A DNA stretch of 62,247 nt, counting the filler, from Catajapyx aquilonaris (lineage: Eukaryota): assembly GCA_000934665.2 (NCBI GenBank). It is 4 parts of 4 records of this genome, joined end to end, with 100 filler letters (N's around TTAATTAATTAA, not from the genome) between each part and the next. Parts side by side here need not be neighbours in the genome. Positions count along the whole stretch, not along the records: positions 15,461 to 30,781 come from JYFJ02007529.1; positions 30,882 to 46,196 come from JYFJ02007530.1; 2 more parts are not named here. One strand, given 5' to 3'. The first letter of the stretch is position 1; each line of letters begins with the position of its first letter. Under the pieces are notes generated by a model. The model saw nothing but the letters and a program-made list of their open reading frames with translations, was not told the origin of the DNA and searched no databases. The translations under genes and the position numbers were made by a program. Shown here one piece after another: positions 25,700 through 38,524 of the stretch.

Positions 25700-26169
25700 C
25701 CCTTAACTACGTAGGTGGAGCCTGAGAGGCTCCAAGCACTATTTAAACGCATGTAACTTTTTCATTGAATTTTATTTTCCCCTGTCCTTCCGTGACTTTG
25801 TCAGAAAAATCTTCCTAAGCATGAAAAGGAAAGATATTTTTTTTAGTCCCTATTCTTTGGTTTTAAAAAATTCGTAACGAGGAACAGGTCCCTCCTGGAA
25901 CCGCTCAGGCTCTATATCTCAGGTGAAGCCTGAGCGGCTCAAACACATGATGTAACCTTTTAATTAAAAATTTTTCCCTGTCGGAATATGCTGACTCAGA
26001 GTGTGATTTTTACGTTTTCGGAAGCCTAATGATCTGAACTGCACTTTCTGTAAGTGAAAAGTCCAATATAACAATTTAGTTGATAAGCAGAAATTTAAAT
26101 ATACCGTTGGAGCCTCTCAGGCTCCACCTACGTAGTTAAAGGTGTTTCACCCACCTACGTAGTTAAGGG
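25700..26169. mobile_element. piggyBac-type MITE
   Basis: TTAA-CCCTTAACTACGTAGGTGG ... CCACCTACGTAGTTAAGGG-TTAA; end fragment again near 29041-29066. Confidence 0.88.
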
Positions 26170-26360
26170 TTAAAATGTGACATGTGAATATGGATTAATA
26201 CTTCTACATGCACTAGGAAGTGAATAGAAAGCCTGTGATTTGCTTTACAGTGATATTTGCTCTGTGGTGGTGGTGTGAAACCTAATCTGTCATATTAGTG
26301 AGGTATGCCTACATCACAAAAATACACACTCTTATGAGTGCATCCTAAGAGTGATACCTG

Positions 26361-26720
26361 CTACTACTAAATTCACGGTGGAAGACCAGATAGGCCCTGC
26401 CCACTGAAAAATCACGTTTGGAAATACGTTCGACATTTTTGTAGTATTAGGGAAAGCTTATGGAGAAATACCATTGGAGTAGAGCTTAACCGTTTTTCCA
26501 GGCTTGTCACACTCCTGCTGAGTTGCCAAGAGTGGCAATCGCCTCAAGGGGAGGGATGGATGTGGGGAGAGGTACAATAGGGTTTATTGGGGTAGAAGAG
26601 GTAAATAAAGGAGTCCCCTGCCATAAACCATCGAACCTTCCACATTTGGCAGCAGAGCTGGCCATGACCAGTGGTAGGGGGTGGAGCCTATCCGGTCTTC
26701 CACCGTGAATTTAGTAGTAG
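26361..26720. mobile_element. MITE, superfamily unclear
   Basis: TIR CTACTACTAAATTCACGGTGGAAGACC. Confidence 0.75.
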
Positions 26721-26832
26721 TTTCAAATTGCAGCCAGAGGACGCAACTATTATCTGCCATACTTGTTGTAATTGCAGTGTTAAGGTCGAGTAACGCTTGT
26801 CCATCTCCTTTAGTGTTCACTCCAGCTGAAAT

Positions 26833-27083
26833 GAGGGGTGTGGTGGGAAAAGGTGATAACCCTCATCTTTGTCATTTTTGACCTGAACACCTAGCAACTA
26901 TGTAAAAGACATGACAAACACTTTGGTATACTCTGACAAGTTCACGTATCATGCACGAGACAGAAACACGGACTAGATCAAAACCAGCATTCCCCATGAT
27001 TTGTGAAGAGAATGCAAACTTAAATTCGCTCTCCTGAAAAATTACACCTTTGTGGGTTATCACCTTTTTCCACCACACCCCTC
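26833..27083. mobile_element. Sola-like MITE (partial copy from 43054)
   Basis: GAGGGGTGTGGTGG...GGTGATAACCC TIR; 4-bp flanks AAAT / AAGT. Confidence 0.75.
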
Positions 27084-27176
27084 AAGTAATGTAATGGAGG
27101 CAAGCAATTCTTGACTTTACTGCACGCTGCACGACAGTGATACTCTTTCACGTCATCTGACCAAATATCTCATTAA

Positions 27177-27927
27177 CCCTCAGAGTCCGGCAAGTAAACA
27201 GCCGGTACTACCGAGAAAGACGGCAAGCCTTTTTGTGAGTTTTTTTTAGCTTTTTAGTCAAGTCCTTGTGGCCCCCAAAACAATGTTACAATAAAAGATT
27301 ATACTCAACCAGTGCACCTGCACTGCTTAGAAAGTAGGCGGGCAAGCATCGCCCTTGCATCGGACTTTCTGTATAGGAAAGTTATACATCAATGTTTACC
27401 TTAGACATGGGGCTTTCAAAAAAATATATAAATTCCAAAAATTTGGGGGTCATGTGACCGTGCAGCCATTTTGAATCTATTATCCTGTGTCACTCATGGA
27501 TGGAAAGAAATATTGAAACCCATATTTCTCAAGTTAAAAATCATCAAAACTCGGACAAATTTCTCTGAGTGATCGTCTACACCCCTAATATACAAATTGA
27601 ATCCATAAATATAACACGACTGAAACATTTTGGCATAACCTACCCAACCAGCGCGGCCAAGTGGAAAAGCCAGAGTCACAGACATGCCACCCTCTGTTCT
27701 TTAAAAATAATTATAACCTTGCTTTGAAAGTAGGTGCGACACCATTTTGGCAGGTCCGAGTCTGAGACATGTTGCCCTCTGTTGTTAGAAAAAATTACAA
27801 TGCCTACATTTCATCCGGAATCGCGTGGTGTTGATCTAAAAATAAAACAGTCACACCGCCGACATAGCGGCGTGCCGGCTTTCTCACACATCTACCCTCC
27901 GCCGATATGCTTGCTGGTCCCTGAGGG
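27177..27927. mobile_element. piggyBac-type MITE with inverted partial copy at 28260-28675
   Basis: TTAA-CCCTCAG ... CTGAGGG-TTAA. Confidence 0.85.
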
Positions 27928-29342
27928 TTAAGGTATGTGCAGTGGACCGAAAGGAATGCAAAATTGTACTCGTGTATTATTGTGTTTCTAGGCACAGTCT
28001 TTCAGTTTTATTTAAATGGAAGTTATTTTCTGCCCTGATAATCAGCTGAAACATGAGTTAAACTCATTCCAGACAAGTCACTTTTTCGGCCAAGGAAGGG
28101 TCAAGTTTATTGCCTTCCATTGCAAGATGGATTTTCTCTTCCCCAAAGCATTAACTTGACGCTATTTGCTTGACTTGCATATTTGCCAATTTGGATTTTT
28201 GGTATTTGGGCCTGAGGGTTAATGTGCTTCAAAGGGGTTCTACACTTGAAGCACATTAACCCTCAGAGACCGGCAAGCCGTCATATCGGCAGAGGGTAGA
28301 TGTGCGAGAATGCCAGCATGCCAGCGGTGTGACTGCTATTTTTAGATCAGCACCGCGTGCTTCCGGGTGAAATGTAGGCATTATTATTATTTGAAATAAC
28401 AGAGGGCAGCATGTCTGGGACTGGCTTTCCCGCTAACCATACGCTTGCTGCCGAGGTAGGCGATGCTTGCCCGATAACTTTCTAAGCAGTGCAGGTGCAC
28501 TGGTTGGGTCAGGTTGGTTATGACAAAATGTTTCAATCAAGTTATATTTATTGATTGAATTTGTTAATTAGGGGTACAGACTATCACTCAGAGAAATTCG
28601 GCTGAGTTTTGATGATTTTTAACTTGAGAAATATGGGTTTCAGTATTGCTCTCCATCCATGCATGACACAGAATTATACGAGGGCCATTAAATAAAGAAA
28701 GAGAGTGATTTTTTAAATGAGAAAGTAGAGAAGTAGTATCATGATGGTGATATATTTAAGTACGTCTATCGAAGATGGATGTGCATGCTTATGCGCAGAA
28801 GTCTACTGCGCAACATGTGGGTGTGGTAACAATATTACCTCCAACAAGATGGCGGACGCCTGACATTATTTGAACTAATTGTCGCCCAGTTGTCATTATT
28901 GGTTGTTGTCCCAGTTGCTAGACAACTGTTGGAACAACAACATGACCTTCAACAAGATGGCGGCTGCCTCAGCCTGTCTAATGGAAAAGGATAGGGAGTA
29001 CCTCCTCTAGGTATTATATTATATAATAGCAGAACTCTTTGGGCTCCACCTACGTAGTTAAGGGATAACCATGGTAATAACCCATGGATAGTAGCAGCAA
29101 GGGGTAAATCACTCTGCAGTTGAGCATGCAATGGACTTGTAAAAAGTCAGCCGGAGTCAAGATTTGGTCGCACTTGGCGCCTTATACCGTACAACAGACT
29201 TGACGAGTGACTTACGCTTTGAGTAGCAGGCTGTTAGCAGAGACTGTGCAGTAAGACGAAAATCACGCAATACCTGTACCTCAAGCACAGACTAGAATGT
29301 GACGAAACTGTGCAGTGCACATACGCTAATAAGGCACTAGTC

Positions 29343-29405
<63 letters not shown>

Positions 29406-29966
29406 AGCTGAACACGTGCGTAAATTGCTTGATTACCTTCTCTGGAACCTGCCTAGCAACCCCCTTCCTGACCCATGCTGCGCAAGAGACAAAATTGGGA
29501 GCAGCTGACATAGCTTTGCGCAAAAAGTAACGGCAAAGTGACCTGCTGAAGATGCGTAACGAGACGTGGGGCAGACGTGGCTTTTGAGAGGCGAGAGACG
29601 AGCCCAAGGGAAAATAGGCCTAGGCACTGAACACTTGGAACACCACGTTGCCTATCGCCCTTGAGGGTAAGACAAACAATGAGCCACTGAGCGAGCTAGG
29701 GTTGGCTATGGCATGGCTAGTTGGCTACGGTGCCAGCCACAGACTTGTGAGACCAGTGAGGCCAGTGAGAGCAGAGAATGATCCGATCCACTCCTGTAGT
29801 TGTACGACCAGTCGCTATCCCTGCAGCGCCGTGGGGCAATGCTCATTCCAGCTCATTCTGTCCTGTGATTGGCTCCCCGCGGATGACGCGACCCGGCAGT
29901 CGTGGGCAGTCGCGGGCCGCGGCAGTTGAAAAGGGCTGGCTGGGAGCCTGGGAGGAGGAAGAATCA

Positions 29967-30181
29967 AAGCCGGTACCGACGTAAGAGTTTTCTCTCATAA
30001 GAGGAGCCAACTGCGCATGCCCGGATACGAGGAATAAGAGGAAAAGTTGAAAATTTTCAACTTTAATCCCCTTTTAGAGGGACAAGAGGGGCCCTGAGGC
30101 GTCAAAGAGTCCGTCTCGACGTACAAGATTTCTCGCGTAAGAGGACTCTTATGAGAGAAACTCTAACGTGGATACCGGCTT
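29967..30181. mobile_element. MITE (related copy about 22230-22413)
   Basis: AAGCCGGTA..ACGT ... ACGTGGATACCGGCTT; shared core AAAATTTTCAACTTTAATCCC. Confidence 0.7.
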
Positions 30182-30781
30182 TCACGCGGACTTCTCGACG
30201 GCAGCAGGCAGCCGTGTTTTCATCCAGTCCCGTTCTCCTTGTTTTAACCGACGGTTCTAGATGCGGTTCAAATGTTCTTGTCCGAAAATGCAATGCGAAT
30301 GGCGTTCTTTTGGGCGTGAGGATATTTTCCTTCCAACACTTTCCGCCAAGTTCTTATTGCGCCGGGCTTCCTGCTCACGGAATATCCATGCAACAGCATA
30401 AGGCCGGCCGCAAATCTTGCAATGAAGGTGCGACGTTGCAGCAACATGTTGCAGGCGCAGGGTGCGCGCGCCGCTTTCCGCCGAGGTCGCAGGGGTGTTG
30501 CAGGTTTCCAGCACTGCTTGAAAACTCCCCCCCTCCCCCCGGCTGAAGTCAAGTATACGGGACATTCCCCGAATCAATTAGGAAACAGTACCTGCGGCTT
30601 GCTAACCCTTTGATTCGTTGTTTTGCTTCTGGGGTTGAAGTCCGGGAAGTGACCAGGGACCCCGCAATTAATTCCTCAAGTTGTACCAGAATGCACATGG
30701 AATCATTGTCATGCTAATTGTTATGTCTCAGTTCGAATCGTAAGTTGCTAGGTTACGAATAGCCTCTTCTAAATTAATACA

Positions 30782-30881
30782 NNNNNNNNNNNNNNNNNNN
30801 NNNNNNNNNNNNNNNNNNNNNNNNNTTAATTAATTAANNNNNNNNNNNNNNNNNNNNNNNNNNNNNNNNNNNNNNNNNNNN
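30782..30881. other. Assembly join with TTAATTAATTAA linker (also 15361-15460 and 46197-46296)
   Basis: Identical 44N + six-frame-stop linker + 44N pattern three times. Confidence 0.95.
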
Positions 30882-32106
30882 GGGGGAGGTAAAAAAGTGA
30901 AAAAATCTGTCCGCGCGGATTATGGACGGCCCCTGACATCCCAGTTCGGCCGGCGAGGGGCGCGGGCGGAACCCGGGGCAGACTTCTTCCCCGGCATCGT
31001 CTTCGCTCTCACCTTGCTAGCACCAGACACTCCAGATTCGAATAAGGTCCCAGATTCGATAAGGTCATTGACCTTAGACTCGATTGCCTACTGCACACTC
31101 TCGCGAAGTTTGCCCGAACTCCCTACCTAAATCATAGGGGCCTAATTAAGTAAAAAACCCGAATTCGAATGCCGGTGGTACGATCCAAAGCATGGTACGA
31201 TCGGTGGCAGTCCTCGCTGTTCTTTTCTCAATAGCGTTTAATCCCGTCGCTGTCCATTGTACGGCGGTGGGAATGCACCCTTTTCTCCTCTGCCATTGGC
31301 TCCTGTCCGTTTCCGGTGGGCGGAGCTACAAGAACCCCCGTATCTCCCCCCTACTTTCAATTCTTTCTTGCAAGGACTTACAGGCTACCACATTTATTCC
31401 ACTTTTTCGGGGTCCCGCATCCGTCGCCATCTTGGACGGACTTGCGGGCCCGCATCTCCTGCGGGCCCGCAGACTTACAGGAGTCCACGAGAATCCGCCC
31501 CTTGATCTGCATAATTCATACTGTAGGTGGGATCATTGCCCAATACCTTTTCCACTTTTGACCACGCAGAAGAGATCCTAAACTAGGAATTTGAGCAATA
31601 AAGGAGCACCCAACGTAATGTAGGAATTTGACTTGTGTGTATGTGAATATGAGGCACAATGGGTCCATGAATCTGTGCGAGTCTAGCACAGAAAACTGGC
31701 CACCAATGAAATTATGACTCTGGTAACTGGATCAATGTCTTATTCATTTTATTTTTTAAAAATATACCCCGTGATAGGGCCATGGCGCTCTTAACCTGTT
31801 GAGGGCCACGGCGGTCATATGACCGTTTGCTACTTGTGCGCTCATTTGTTCTAATTTTAAAAGGAGCCAATGACTTTTAAGCTGCTCTTGCCATGCCATC
31901 TCGTGGTTGGGAGTTCAACTATCACGGACTGCGTGATTGGCTTGAATCCGCGAGGTAAGATGGATGCTGCTGCCCCCTGTTGCCTGAGAGACAAAATATC
32001 TGGTGTCAGGCGGTTAAAAAAAAGTGTCCAAACCCTACCAGACGTGGCATGCCCCAGGCGGCCATGAATGAAAGGATATTGGAAGCTAGCCGGCCAATCA
32101 GGTGGG

Positions 32107-32430
32107 TAGGGCTGTGCGATATTTCGATATATCGACTGTCGATACGATATTTTCCTAATATCGAAGTTGCGATATCCGACGCCTTGGCATGTTCGATGTA
32201 TCGAATATCGCGATTTTTCGATGTCGGTTCGATGTCGGTTTTCGATCTTTTTCGATGTCGGTTTTTCGATTTTCGATATATCGACTTCGATTCGATATTT
32301 TTTGATGTCGGTTCGATTCGGTTTTAGATCTTTTTCGATGTCGGCTTTTCGATTTTCGATATATCGACTTCGATTCGATATTTTTAAGTATCGAAAGTAG
32401 ATATGTAATTTCGGATATCCCACAGCCATA
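32107..32430. mobile_element. hAT-type MITE with TCGAT subterminal repeats
   Basis: TIR TAGGGCTGTGCGATAT / ATATCCCACAGCCATA; 8-bp TSD CAGGTGGG / CAGATGGG. Confidence 0.85.
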
Positions 32431-32599
32431 CAGATGGGCCCCTATCAGTGCGGATCCGCTCCCCTCGTCGGTAGTACAAAACTACAAATAACAGCTACTT
32501 TGCAATAACTGTTATTTAAGTAACCGTTACTGAAAATAGTTGCAACTCATCAGCAGCCATAGAAATTCTGCTGGGAATTGGTGTTGGCATGACTCAATG

Positions 32600-32877
32600 T
32601 GTGATGTACAGAATTATGTTGGCAATGGTGTGTAATTGAAAAGAGCGTTGCTAGGTTTTTTGAGAGAGTGGTTGTTGTGGGAGTGAGAGTGGAAGGTGGA
32701 GGGCTGTGTGAGTGACAGAAGGAGGTGGACTGGAAGTGGAATTGAGTGGCAATAAACCGGTACAAGTGAGTCAAGTCTTGATATCTTGGGGGGAAGTTGA
32801 GGAACAGCTGAAGGAGTGACTCCTGCCGTCCGTCCACTCTGGAGAGTCCGGACCGAACCGGATGAAGTTCCGTCACA
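32600..32877 (+). repeat. 5' LTR
   Basis: TGTGATG...CGTCACA, contains AATAAA; one mismatch to the 3' LTR. Confidence 0.97.
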
Positions 32878-32883
32878 TATAAA

Positions 32884-32902
32884 TGGCTGCAGCCGGTAGG
32901 AT
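32884..32902 (+). promoter_or_regulatory. Primer-binding site, probably tRNA-Ser with a 1-nt bulge
   Basis: TGGC(T)GCAGCCGGTAGGAT, 6 nt after the LTR; matches the recalled complement of the insect tRNA-Ser 3' end apart from one extra T. Confidence 0.7.
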
Positions 32903-33030
32903 AGGCAGGAGGGGAAAGATAGAGCTGGATTGGTAAGATGATGTGATACTGGCGTAGAATAAGCCAGAAAATTAGGCAGAATTGGAAGCATTGGTGGAAC
33001 GGAAGAGAGTTGACAAGTTTGACCAGAACC

Positions 33031-34170
33031 ATGACGACGAACCCTTTGTTGAACGTGCATTTATTGTCAAGTTTTAGCGGTTCGGAGGATGTCAATAAGT
33101 TCACGGAAGATGTGGATACGGTGGCCAGCATGTCGGGCTGGTCCGATGAGGTGACAGCGAAGGTCATTTGTTTAAGATTGATGGGAGCTGCAAGAGACTA
33201 CGTTGGCACTTTAAGAGACTTAGAGAAGGGGAAGTGGTCAACCATGAAGGAAAAGCTGGTCTCGCGATTTACGTGTAAGAGATCAGTCACTACACTGGCC
33301 CAGGAATTTATGAACTTGAAGCAGGATGTAGGGGAAACCATTCTTGATTATTCTGCCCGGGTTCAGCGAGTGGCCAGAGAATACGCCAGTGCTATCGGAG
33401 ACACGACAGAGTCTCATATGATGGATGTGCAGATGAGAGTGAATTTTACAAATGGTCTGCGATCCGCTGATCTTCAGAAGTGCATAAATTGGTCAGGTGT
33501 TGGAACATTTGTTGGTGCAGTTGAACGAGCGGTAGAGCAAGAGCCAAACCTTGCAAGTTGTGGCCGATCAGTTCAATTCAAAGAGCCACTAGTGGTAGAG
33601 AGGGGTCAAGTAGAAGTAATGATGGCTGGAGCGGCGCAGTATGGGCAGCCTATATCACACCCACATGCGGAGCATACCTATGGTGGATCAACGTATTCCA
33701 ATTATAGACGGACAGAGAGAAGCCCCTCCCCCGCAAGGCCTTATCGTTCAGGAGACCAGAACTATAGAGAGCCCAGAGACCGACCCAATTCACCTCATAG
33801 ACGGGAGTCTGATGCAGAGAGGAGGACGCCCCCGAGGACACCCCCGAGAGAATACCGTGGGTATCGGCAGAACGATTCTCCACGCAGTACGGAGAGCAGG
33901 CCGGATAGAAGGTCGTCACCCGGACGTTCTTATGGAGAAGGTAGAATGGCGTCACCCCAAAGAACATATCAGCGAGGGTCCAACCAGCAACCAAGTTACA
34001 GACGGCGGACACCGGGAGATCCATGCAGATGTTGTGGAAATTACGGGCACGACTCTGAAGTTTGCTGGGCAAGAGATGTTCAGTGTCATCGCTGTGACCA
34101 TTGGGGCCATATTTCCCGATGTTGCTCAAGTCGGGGAAACGGACATGGGCCTTCCAGTCCCCGGGTGTAA
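33031..34170 (+). CDS. gag: Gag with two CCHC zinc knuckles
   Basis: Intact ORF; MHR-like LKQDVGETILDYSARV; CRCCGNYGHDSEVC and CHRCDHWGHISRC. Confidence 0.93.
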   Translation: MTTNPLLNVHLLSSFSGSEDVNKFTEDVDTVASMSGWSDEVTAKVICLRLMGAARDYVGTLRDLEKGKWSTMKEKLVSRFTCKRSVTTLAQEFMNLKQDVGETILDYSARVQRVAREYASAIGDTTESHMMDVQMRVNFTNGLRSADLQKCINWSGVGTFVGAVERAVEQEPNLASCGRSVQFKEPLVVERGQVEVMMAGAAQYGQPISHPHAEHTYGGSTYSNYRRTERSPSPARPYRSGDQNYREPRDRPNSPHRRESDAERRTPPRTPPREYRGYRQNDSPRSTESRPDRRSSPGRSYGEGRMASPQRTYQRGSNQQPSYRRRTPGDPCRCCGNYGHDSEVCWARDVQCHRCDHWGHISRCCSSRGNGHGPSSPRV

Positions 34171-34181
34171 CTCGGAAGCCC
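34134..34181 (+). promoter_or_regulatory. -1 ribosomal frameshift signal (gag-pol)
   Basis: G GGA AAC slippery heptamer in the gag frame, followed by a GGGCCTTCC...GGAAGCCC stem; the -1 frame runs into the protease. Confidence 0.8.
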
Positions 34182-37100
34182 CTTACCATTAGTCCAGAGG
34201 CAACACCCAAAGTAGACAAAATTAAGCTTGCACCTGTAATCAAAGTGGAAATTGACTCACAACCAGCCTTTTTCCTACTAGATACTGGTGCTAAAGCCTC
34301 TCTGATTAAATCAGAGTGGGAAAAATCCAGCAAACAAAATGTTCCTCAAAACTCAGAGATAGTGGATATAAATGGAAAGCCCTTAGGGTGAAAGGAAGAC
34401 ACAGGTTTACCATGACCATTGAAGGAATTGAAGTCTCTCAGGCATTCTGGGTCCTAGAGGATGATTTTCCTTTCCAATATGATGGAATTCTCGGCTATGA
34501 TTTCTTCCAGTGCTACCAAGTTGACCTCCTAGTAAGTCAAAACTGTCTCAGTGTACAAGGCTACAAGGTAGCATTGGAAGAAGAAGAAAGTCACCGGTCA
34601 TCACCAGTGAGATGGGCCGATATACCCCCGATCCCACCAAGGAGTGAGGTGGTCCTCAACGGGGCAGTTGAAAATTACCCGGAGGGAACCGACCTCATGG
34701 TGGAGCAGACCTGCTCAAAATACGGGTTGACTGTTGCTAGCACTCTGTCAAAGGTGCTAGCAGGACAAGCAATACCCATTCGAGTACTAAACACAACAGA
34801 CCGAGAGATTGTGATTCCGAAAGGAACAATTATCGGGAAAGCGACACCAGAATGTAGCGTACCTACAGCAGCAGCAGTGCCTCCAACAAAACCAAATCAC
34901 CCAAATTTGGATAATTTCGCTCTGGACCACCTATCCAATGTAGAAAGAAATGAATTACACAATCTTCTACGACGGTTCCCTGAAGTTTTCCAAGCGAAAG
35001 GAGGACCCTTGGGCAAAACATCTACAGTGAAGCACCAGATCGACATTGGGGACGCCAGGCCAATTGCACTGAAACCCTACCGAATTCCAAGCGCGCAAAA
35101 GGAGAGAGTCCTTCAATGTGTAGAAGAAATGCTGACGGACGGTGTAGTCGAACCAACCACATCACCTTGGGCATCTCCTGTAGTGCTAGTAAAGAAACCA
35201 GATGGCAGCCTTCGTTTTTGCGTGGACTATAGAAGGTTGAATGCGGTTACTAAGAGAGATATCTACCCATTACCCCGGATTACCGATACCCTGGACCAAC
35301 TTGGTGGATGTAAGTACTTCACATCCTTGGATCTTCAATCAGGATACTGGCAGATTGAAGTGGATGAACGGGATAAGGAGAAAACAGCATTTGGTTTACC
35401 AGGAAGACGTTTGCAATTCACGAGAATGCCGTTTGGCCTGGTAAATGCGCCAAGTACTTTCCAACGATTCATGGATGTTACTTTGGCAGGCCTAAATGAG
35501 GAGATATGCTTAGTCTACTTAGACGATATTATAGTGTATTCCGCTTCATTTTCTGAACACTTGGAAAGATTACGTCTCGTGCTAGAGAGACTAAGAGAAG
35601 CCGGTCTGAAGCTGAAACCATCAAAATGTCACTTTTGCAAGAAGAGTGTCAAGTACCTAGGCCACATAGTGTCAGCTGCTGGAGTACAACCTGATCCCCA
35701 AAAGATTGATGCCATTAGAAACTACCCGAAACAGTGAAGGATGTACGAGCTTTCCTGGGACTGGTTGGTTTCTATCGACGGTTTATACCCAATTTTGCCA
35801 AGGTAGCTCAACCCTTGACGTTTCTGACAAAAATGCAGCAAGGATCGAGGAGACAGCTACAGTGGGAGAGTGAACAACGTGAGGCATTCGATACCTTACA
35901 GTCAGCCCTAATTTCTTATCCAGTTTTGAGATGCCCCGATTTCTCCAAAGCATTCATCTGAGCCACTGATGCCTCCGGCGTTTCTATTGGGGCAGCCCTG
36001 TCTCAGCGTTTTGAGGATGGGGAACATCCAATCACCTACCTTAGCAGACAGCTAAATGTAGCGGAGAAGAATTACAGTACCACAGAGAGGGAATGTTTAG
36101 CTGTTGTTTGGGCCATGAAGTCACTGAGATGCTACCTCTATGGTCGAAAGTTTACAGTCATAACAGACCATGCTCCTTTACGATGGCTGATGAACCTTAA
36201 AGATCCATCATCCAGGTTAGCAAGATGGTCTGTGGCTTTACAGGATTATGACTTTGAAGTCGTTCACAGACCAGGACGGCTTCACTCTAACGTTGACTCA
36301 TTAAGTCGAATTAGAATAAATGTGGTGGAACAGAAACACACTGTTGTGTGGGATCGAGATAGGATACGCAAAGAACAAGCTTTCGATACACACTGTCAAG
36401 AGGTATGTAAAGACATCACCGCATACTTCTTCAAAGATAGAATTCTGTACACGTTGAAAGGTGAACGACACGTTGTGGTAGTGCCAGCTTCGATGAGGGA
36501 GAAATTAATGCAACAGTATCACGATCTGCCTTTTTCCGGCCACCTGGGCTACGCGAAGACCTTAGCTAAAATTCAGCATGGTTTTACCTGGCCTGGGATG
36601 ACTAAGGATATTAGAAACTTCTGCAGGTCGTGTGAGTCCTGCCAACGGATGAAGAAGAAGAAGACCAGAGGAACTGCTCCCCTGCAACAATATCCTGAGG
36701 TATCAAACCCATTTGAGAGAGTATCCATGGATTTTGTGGGACCACTACCTACCACATTGAGGGGCAACAAGCACATCCTGGTTTTCACAGACTATTTGAC
36801 AAAGTATCCGGAAGCTTTCGCGCTACGTGACCAGACCGCAGAAACTGTGGCGCGGGTACTGGTTACCGAAGTAATCTCACGGCATGGTGTGCCACGCCAA
36901 CTCCTTACCGATCGCGGCAGCAACTTCACATCTATTCTGATGCGAGAGGTATGTCGGCTTTTGGGGATTAAAGCTATTCAGACTACAGCTTATCACCCGT
37001 CTGCTAATGGCTTGGTGGAGCGATATAACCAGACTCTGGTTAACATGTTATCCCATTATGCTGGAGAGGACCAAATCACTTGGGATGAAAGTATTCCACT

Positions 37101-37848
37101 TGTCCTCATGGCTTATCGGAGTGCGGTACAGGAATCAACAAGGGAAACTCCATTTTATCTGACACATGGGAGGGACATGGAGTTGCCGTTCGATGATGTC
37201 TTGTGTTGTACAAGACCTGAGTACGCTGCGGGAGACAACTATAAAGCGGACTTGTCATTACGCCTCAGAAAAGCTTATGACCTTGTGAAGAACCGGCTGA
37301 ACATTGCTTTCGAAAAACAAAAGCTATATCATGATCAGAAGGCAATAGACAGACAAATTGGGGAAGGAGATCTAGTGCTACTCCACAACCCCCAATGCCC
37401 GTCAGGACTTAGCCCAAAATTAAGATCTCCTTGGATGGGGCCATTTCGTGTCAAGGCACAAACGAGTGAGGTTAACTTCGTCATTCAAGACGTCCATCAC
37501 TCAAAAACCCAACTGGTACACATCGACAGACTGCGGCTTTTCCACCCAAGGGAACCATTTCCTGGGATCAAGAGTTTATCTGTCGAGGCCCATTGCGAAG
37601 AAGAGACGACACTGATGGGAGAAGAGGACATCCCGACTACTAAAGGACATGAGACGACCCCCCAATCGGTACCTGACATCCCTTGGACATGGCTCTACGG
37701 CGGGATTCAGCAGGATGAGAGACAGCCGGACATCAGTCCTGAGCCGGACACCAGTCATGAAACAAATAGCAGATACCCATTAAGGAGTCAGTGCCAGGTG
37801 CCAGACATACCCTGGGTGATGCCAACACCAAAGCGGGTCCACCACTGA
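34134..37848 (+). pseudogene. pol: Pol (protease, RT, RNase H, integrase) with two frameshifts and one nonsense codon
   Basis: LLDTGA, YLDD, TDAS, HHCC and D,D,E integrase, GPF motif; frame breaks near 34388 and 35733 and in-frame TGA at 35959-61. Confidence 0.93.
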
Positions 37849-38246
37849 CGAGAAGATGCGGGACCATGAACAGATGATGTACAACTGACGGCCTGGGGCC
37901 AAGAAGAAGACGTCGGAAGAAGTTGTTGTTATTGTGTGTTATTGAGTTATTGTGATTTGAGTATTGGAGTTAAATGTTGGAAAAATCAGAACAGAGAACA
38001 GACGTATCCTTCAGAAGGTTTCTTGTTCGACTTGATAGTAGAGGAATAAGAAAGATGAGAGCATAAAAAAAGAGAACGCGCCTATCATGCAGAAGGCAGC
38101 TAGTTCAATAATGGATGAGGAGGAGGTTGAGAGACGATGCTAAGAGATAATTAGTTGATGATGAGGATGCGATAGGGACTTGTCTTTGATAAGGCGAGGT
38201 GTTCCGTGTTAAAGGAACACCTCTCTTATTTTAAAGGGGGGACGAA

Positions 38247-38524
38247 TGTGATGTACAGAATTATGTTGGCAATGGTGTGTAATTGAAAAGAGCGTTGCTA
38301 GGTTTTTTGAGAGAGTGGTTGTTGTGGGAGTGAGAGTGGAAGGTGGAGGGCTGTGTGAGTGACAGAAGGAGGTGGACTGGAAGTGGAATTGAGTGGCAAT
38401 AAACCGGTACAAGTGAGTCAAGACTTGATATCTTGGGGGGAAGTTGAGGAACAGCTGAAGGAGTGACTCCTGCCGTCCGTCCACTCTGGAGAGTCCGGAC
38501 CGAACCGGATGAAGTTCCGTCACA
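38247..38524 (+). repeat. 3' LTR
   Basis: Direct repeat of 32600-32877, preceded by polypurine tract AAAGGGGGGACGAA (38233-38246). Confidence 0.97.

Larger units (their letters stand above)
32600..38524 (+). mobile_element. Full-length Ty3/Gypsy LTR retrotransposon, pol disabled, no env
   Basis: Two 278-bp TG..CA LTRs, 4-bp TSD AATG (32596-99, 38525-28), PBS, PPT, domain order gag-PR-RT-RH-IN. Confidence 0.98.

Noticed and set aside
31857..32429. 190-aa ORF with DIEK/YRxIE repeats
   Set aside because: Translation of the TCGAT subterminal repeats of a hAT MITE.
32550..33167. Antisense ORFs over the LTRs and gag (also 33650-34333, 38209-38644)
   Set aside because: Shadow frames of G/T-rich LTR and coding sequence with no recognisable domains.
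37849..38246. env gene or chromodomain in the Gypsy 3' region
   Set aside because: About 400 nt with no ORF; the integrase tail shows no chromodomain motif.
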